This document shows positions 7,878 through 11,636 of a stretch of DNA of 11,636 nucleotides, piece by piece. The stretch spans positions 1-11,636 of the forward strand of contig CAZPWM010000101.1 in the NCBI GenBank assembly GCA_964590575.1. The letters run 5' to 3'. How positions within the stretch are numbered: position 1 is the first letter of the stretch; each line of letters begins with the position of its first letter. The notes under the pieces are model-generated. The model did no database searches, was not told the origin of the DNA, and saw only the letters and a list, made by a program, of their open reading frames with translations. Source of the DNA: an uncultured archaeon (GTDB lineage Archaea; Asgardarchaeota; Thorarchaeia; Thorarchaeales; Thorarchaeaceae). The translations under genes were made by a program, and so were the position numbers.

Positions 7878-7911
7878 TGAATAGCGTCTTTGCAACTTGA
7901 ATCGCTATTCA
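7878..7911. repeat. Perfect 9-bp inverted repeat TGAATAGCG-N16-CGCTATTCA upstream of the GTPase pair
   Basis: Arms read directly at 7878-7886 and 7903-7911. Confidence 0.75.
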
Positions 7912-8019
7912 TCTAATAACAGTATCGCCCATGTTAATTAGATATTCGTTCGGATTATTCTTCTTGCACCAAAAGCCAGAAAAGGCATGTAGATATTTCC
8001 GAATAAAAGGTCGAAAGAG

Positions 8020-8811
8020 ATGGAGATTGGAACCTTCGCACGCGATAATGAACAAGTACGAAGCGCCATAAAGAATGAACCAGATTTTATCGATTTGAGA
8101 ATGGATCTGAACTTCAGCATAGATTTTGCTGAAGCAAAATCCGACTTGAACAAGGCAGGCATTCCATGCACGCTTCATCTGCCAAGTAATCCTGACTGGA
8201 AACCGATAGAGCTCAGTCGCGGTATTGTGCCATACATCGACTTGGGACGACAGATTGACGCAGAAGTTGTGACTTTTCATACCATGCTATCTACTCTTTT
8301 CTATGATGACTTTGACATTGACATTTTTCTCGAGTCATTACCCCTTGCCTGTGAAGCCTCCAAGGAAGCGGGAGTGACCTTAGCTATTGAAACACTGGGT
8401 TTATACTACACAGAAACCCAACTTCTATTCGATATGTTCCCTGACATGAGAATGGCTCTGGATATTGGTCACGGTCAAATTTATGCCACGAGGAACCGAG
8501 CTCTGGAGCACATCCAGTCGTTCTACGAAAAGATTGCAATGGTCAATGTACATGACAACCATGGCTCAAAGATGGTGGATGATGTTCTGAAAATGAAGAA
8601 AGAGAGGGAAATCTCTCAAGGCGAGATTCGTGAACTAGCTGTCAGATACGACACACACCTACCAATCGGGGAGGGTGAGATTGATTTTGATTCCATTTTC
8701 AAGCATCTGAAACAACGGGGCTATGATGGTCGATTCCTGATGATGTGTGAATGTCCTTCTGACTTTCCACGGGAGAGGACGAAGTTCAAAGAACTTTGGC
8801 TAGCAGCTTAG
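8020..8811 (+). CDS. Sugar phosphate isomerase/epimerase family (xylose isomerase-like / AP endonuclease 2 TIM barrel) metalloenzyme
   Basis: TLHLP, VTFH, LAIET, LDIGH, VHDNHG, DTHLPIGEGEIDF and LKQRGYDG. Its stop overlaps the stop of the convergent gene (TTAG 8808-8811). Confidence 0.85.
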   Translation: MEIGTFARDNEQVRSAIKNEPDFIDLRMDLNFSIDFAEAKSDLNKAGIPCTLHLPSNPDWKPIELSRGIVPYIDLGRQIDAEVVTFHTMLSTLFYDDFDIDIFLESLPLACEASKEAGVTLAIETLGLYYTETQLLFDMFPDMRMALDIGHGQIYATRNRALEHIQSFYEKIAMVNVHDNHGSKMVDDVLKMKKEREISQGEIRELAVRYDTHLPIGEGEIDFDSIFKHLKQRGYDGRFLMMCECPSDFPRERTKFKELWLAA

Positions 8812-9833
8812 CCCCTGGCAAGGGATTCAACCAATTTGAGGACTTCTTTCAGTCCTTTCTTGTCATCTGCTTTCTCATATAATGAACGAGCCTTCCTCAC
8901 TGCTTTCATAGCGTCATCTTTGTTTCCTTGGACAACAAAATACCTGGCCTGTTTGAGTCGTGCTTCCCCCATCGCGCTATACACATCGGATGGGTACTCG
9001 AACATATCAACATTAATTACCTTGCCACAATCAGGACATGCAATCACCAGATCCAGATCAGAATCAACAGGTGCTGGTGTTTCAGCAGATACAGGTTTTT
9101 TTACTGAAGCAACTGGGGTTGTTACAGGTTCAGACTCTTCTGGTGCTGTTATAGCTTCAAGGACTGGAATACCATCCTCCATCTCATACTGTGCAGAGGA
9201 AAACTCAGCAGAAAGTTCTGGAGAGACCTGTTCTACACCATCTATAGGTGCAACAATAGGCTCTGGTTCAGGTTTGCGTGCCTGATCGACGTAACCTGAT
9301 TTTGAACCTAGAATAGATTCCTCAATCTGCTGCGAGGAGGGTCTAGCAGGAGGAATCAAATGAGCAGCTTCAGGAGGCAGCGGTTCACTTCCTTCCATCA
9401 TTCTTGGGGTTGGGATTTCTTCTCCGCCTGCCATCATTCCCGGACCCTCAAGGAGCTCCCTGACTTCGCTAGCTCGAAGCATCCGTGTTTCGACGATACC
9501 CGATCCTTCTGCTTCCTCTATTCCCACCGTTTCGGCTTTTGCAAATGCTTCTTTTGCTTTTTCAAATTCTGATTTAGGTCTAGTAAGTCCACCTGCTGTC
9601 CTGACGCGGTCTTTAGACACTTGACTTGGCTTTACCCATTTATCGTCTTCAGCTGCAGCCATTATCGGTTCTGGTTCAGGTGCCACTGGTGCTTCAGTGA
9701 CTGGAGGTGCAGTTGCTGCAGGAAGTGGTGCTTTCTCTTTTTGCTTTTCTATTTTCAGAAGTGAAGCTCCACACCGAATGCAATATTTACGAGTAGGTTG
9801 ATTGGCTTTACCACATTTATCGCATGTCTGCAC
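8808..9833 (-). CDS. Zinc-ribbon protein with a long Pro/Glu/Ala-rich linker, a lone CPDC motif and a C-terminal TPR-like helical hairpin
   Basis: N-terminal CDKC-x10-CIRC, low-complexity middle, IACPDCGKVI, and ARLKQARYFVVQGNKDDAMKAVRKARSLYEK. Likely start is GTG 9833 with strong SD GAGGTGA (9839-9845). Confidence 0.75.
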   Translation of the reverse strand: MQTCDKCGKANQPTRKYCIRCGASLLKIEKQKEKAPLPAATAPPVTEAPVAPEPEPIMAAAEDDKWVKPSQVSKDRVRTAGGLTRPKSEFEKAKEAFAKAETVGIEEAEGSGIVETRMLRASEVRELLEGPGMMAGGEEIPTPRMMEGSEPLPPEAAHLIPPARPSSQQIEESILGSKSGYVDQARKPEPEPIVAPIDGVEQVSPELSAEFSSAQYEMEDGIPVLEAITAPEESEPVTTPVASVKKPVSAETPAPVDSDLDLVIACPDCGKVINVDMFEYPSDVYSAMGEARLKQARYFVVQGNKDDAMKAVRKARSLYEKADDKKGLKEVLKLVESLARG

Positions 9834-9873
9834 CTTACTCACCTCGAGCAGCTGGTAGATACACATCATACCT

Positions 9874-9882
9874 GATTAAGGT
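9874..9882 (-). promoter_or_regulatory. Putative BRE/TATA element of the zinc-ribbon gene
   Basis: AAACCTTAATCAGG on the minus strand, about 40 nt upstream of GTG 9833. Confidence 0.4.
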
Positions 9883-9922
9883 TTGCTGAATTACAGATCT
9901 ATAACTCTTAGAAAGTTAACAC

Positions 9923-11143
9923 CTAAAAAACACTTCTTTGAATAGTACGGGCTATAATTGATGCCCTCCTATAACAATCACGCATTGAAGTGCCTGTTTC
10001 GATGATCGTGCAAATCGGATCCCCTCTATTCACCATAACCCCTGGTGGAGTCCTATCAACTGTGTTAAAATATTGGGCAAGATTGGGTACTATTCCATCG
10101 CGGCTTGAATATACAATCATCTTCACACCTGGGCCAAATTCAGGAATGGTTTCTGGAAGGACTCCTTGCGAAGCAAGAACATGAAGTTTCGTAATAGAGA
10201 GGTTTCCTGTTGCCTCTAGTAGCTCGAGAGTTCCTTGAATTCTGGGATTGATTTCCATTAACCAGATTTGACCTACCTCATCCACGACATAGTCAAAACC
10301 GACAGACCCACTTAGTTTCAACTTCTTGGATATGATTTCTGAAGTATCAGCAATTCTTGAAACCGTTTCATTTGCAAGTCCACTTGGATAGTAGTTGCCA
10401 CAATACGCAAAACCACAATTTCTCCCAGCACTTGGCATACCGATGAGCTGACCCTGTACTGATAGAGTAAGAGCAAGATCTTTTGCAGCAAGAACACTGC
10501 AACTGATATCAACCCCACGAACATACTCTTGGATTAGACGTGTTGCATATTGACCCTCTTCTGGCTCTCCAAACGCTCCAGTGATATCCTTTGAATTGCG
10601 GGCAAACCTGATGCCACTACCTCCCCCTGAATGAGTTGGTCGTACCAGACAGGGGAAGTTGAATTCCTCTACAACTTTGAGAGCTTTTTTTGGAGTTGGT
10701 GCAATCCGTCGTTTGGGATAACCAATCTCAAGGGATTCTGAAATCTTTGCTAGTGATGGAGAATCACGAGCTTTTCTCATCTGAGTTGGAGAACAACCCA
10801 TTAACAATCCTTCTTTGGATAAGGGATCAAGCGCATCAATGTAATCATCAAACCCACTTCCAACAAGAACGAAGTCGAGTTCTCGCTTATGCGTGAGATA
10901 GAACAGATTATCGACTAGAGCCTTATGGAGCGGAGTATCAAGGGGTTGTCTCTGACGGGCACCTTGTGTTGGTGTGAGAACAGCAATCCACTCATCACAA
11001 CAGGCAGAGAGATCTTCATCTCCCCAATAATCCGAAACATAGACAATTGCTCCAGCTTTCTTTGCTGAACAAGCTATTGGACGTGCATTGAAACCAATGA
11101 CTCCGATACTCTTGCCTTTAAGTGGAGCTGATATGAAAACCAT
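9923..11143 (-). CDS. ATP-grasp domain ligase (COG2232-like predicted carboligase)
   Basis: N-terminal ARPIACSAKKAG..VSDYWGDEDL, RPTHSGGGSGI loop, LIQEYVRG, GFDYV, LMEINPRIQGT, and C-terminal DRTPPG...GDPICTI. Confidence 0.85.
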   Translation of the reverse strand: MVFISAPLKGKSIGVIGFNARPIACSAKKAGAIVYVSDYWGDEDLSACCDEWIAVLTPTQGARQRQPLDTPLHKALVDNLFYLTHKRELDFVLVGSGFDDYIDALDPLSKEGLLMGCSPTQMRKARDSPSLAKISESLEIGYPKRRIAPTPKKALKVVEEFNFPCLVRPTHSGGGSGIRFARNSKDITGAFGEPEEGQYATRLIQEYVRGVDISCSVLAAKDLALTLSVQGQLIGMPSAGRNCGFAYCGNYYPSGLANETVSRIADTSEIISKKLKLSGSVGFDYVVDEVGQIWLMEINPRIQGTLELLEATGNLSITKLHVLASQGVLPETIPEFGPGVKMIVYSSRDGIVPNLAQYFNTVDRTPPGVMVNRGDPICTIIETGTSMRDCYRRASIIARTIQRSVF

Positions 11144-11166
11144 AACAAGGTGGATGTAGTAGTCCT

Positions 11167-11174
11167 GATAAGGT
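11167..11174 (-). promoter_or_regulatory. Putative BRE/TATA element of the ATP-grasp gene (probably a leaderless transcript)
   Basis: GAAAGACCTTATCAGG on the minus strand, about 24 nt upstream of ATG 11143, which has no SD. Confidence 0.4.
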
Positions 11175-11212
11175 CTTTCTGTTCTTGAAATAGCTACTCA
11201 TTGGTGATAGTA

Positions 11213-11533
11213 ATGAAGAAAGAACGAGTAACTGACATGGTTCCTGGTACGATACACGGAGTTAAGGGGAGAGTAGATGTCTATGATATTATAGAGGGTG
11301 AGTTGACAGCTGGAGTGAGGATAGTCAAGGCTGATAGTGATGTACCATCAAGACCACATAGGCATTCTGAAAGACAGGTCATCTATGTGATATCTGGTTC
11401 AGGGAAGATCACAAATGGAAAGGTAACCTTAGATCTCAACCCTGGCGACTTCATCCTTCTGGAGTCCAATGAAGAGCATTATGTGATGACTAGAAAAGAT
11501 GATCTCAAGGTTTTCGAGATTAAATATCCATAA
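11213..11533 (+). CDS. Cupin domain protein (Cupin_2-like)
   Basis: Motif 1 PHRHSERQVIYVISGSG and motif 2 LNPGDFILLESNEEH. ATG 11213 follows SD GGTGA (11203-11207). Confidence 0.88.
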   Translation: MKKERVTDMVPGTIHGVKGRVDVYDIIEGELTAGVRIVKADSDVPSRPHRHSERQVIYVISGSGKITNGKVTLDLNPGDFILLESNEEHYVMTRKDDLKVFEIKYP

Positions 11534-11560
11534 TCATTTGAAAGAGGTAAGGAGCGAATC

Positions 11561-11636
11561 CTGCTGACTGAAAAAAAGAAACTAGAATCTGCAATCTACA
11601 AAGTTTACCCTATCGCTTGGATTGCAAAAAGCCGGG
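11561..11636 (+). CDS. Possible 5' end of a downstream gene, truncated by the window edge
   Basis: Purine-rich SD-like GAGGTAAGGAG is followed by an open frame LLTEKKKLESAIYKVYPIAWIAKSR to the end of the window. Only CTG codons are available as starts. Confidence 0.3.
   Translation, partial: MLTEKKKLESAIYKVYPIAWIAKSR

Noticed and set aside
7878-7912. SECIS element (AUGA...AAAGA hairpin)
   Set aside because: The UGA arm is fully Watson-Crick paired with no tandem GA quartet, and no neighbouring gene has an in-frame UGA.
6787-7912. Eukaryotic contamination or chimeric assembly to explain the Rab-like genes
   Set aside because: The genes are intronless, have SD motifs, lack prenylation tails and are packed seamlessly among prokaryotic genes.
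1016-10896. Small overlapping or antisense ORFs from the track (e.g. 1016-1243, 1485-1775, 1889-2224, 2577-2861, 3966-4370, 5207-5530, 6373-6618, 7329-7631, 7909-8280, 8836-9285)
   Set aside because: They lie within or opposite well-supported genes and show no recognisable motifs; they are shadow ORFs.
11538-11585. Short TTG-started frame containing Cys-TGA (selenoprotein-like)
   Set aside because: Only about 15 codons even with read-through, with no SD and no recognisable fold or SECIS.

Overview
A gene-dense archaeal window. GGTGA/GAGG Shine-Dalgarno motifs, TATA-like promoters, and intronless unprenylated Rab-like GTPases among prokaryotic operons point to an Asgard archaeon; Thorarchaeia is plausible but not provable here. 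Left to right it contains: an apparently orphan SPPY-type DNA amino-methyltransferase (-); a small winged-helix protein (+); a complete pstS-C-A-B-phoU phosphate uptake operon (+); a second phoU paralog broken by a frameshift near 6340-6349; two tandem Rab-like small GTPases (-) converging on phoU2; a xylose-isomerase/endonuclease IV-like TIM-barrel protein (+); a zinc-ribbon/low-complexity/TPR-like protein (-); a COG2232-like ATP-grasp ligase (-); a cupin (+); and the possible start of one more ORF. I saw no rRNA, tRNA, CRISPR array or mobile element. The best leads are (i) the asymmetric Rab-like pair, where one copy has Leu at the Ras-F28 position, a known fast-cycling substitution, (ii) a candidate phosphate regulator made of the wHTH gene and a palindrome just downstream of the pstS TATA box, (iii) the phoU2 frameshift, and (iv) a possible zinc-hook scaffold protein. 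All family calls come from reading motifs by eye; no database search was run.
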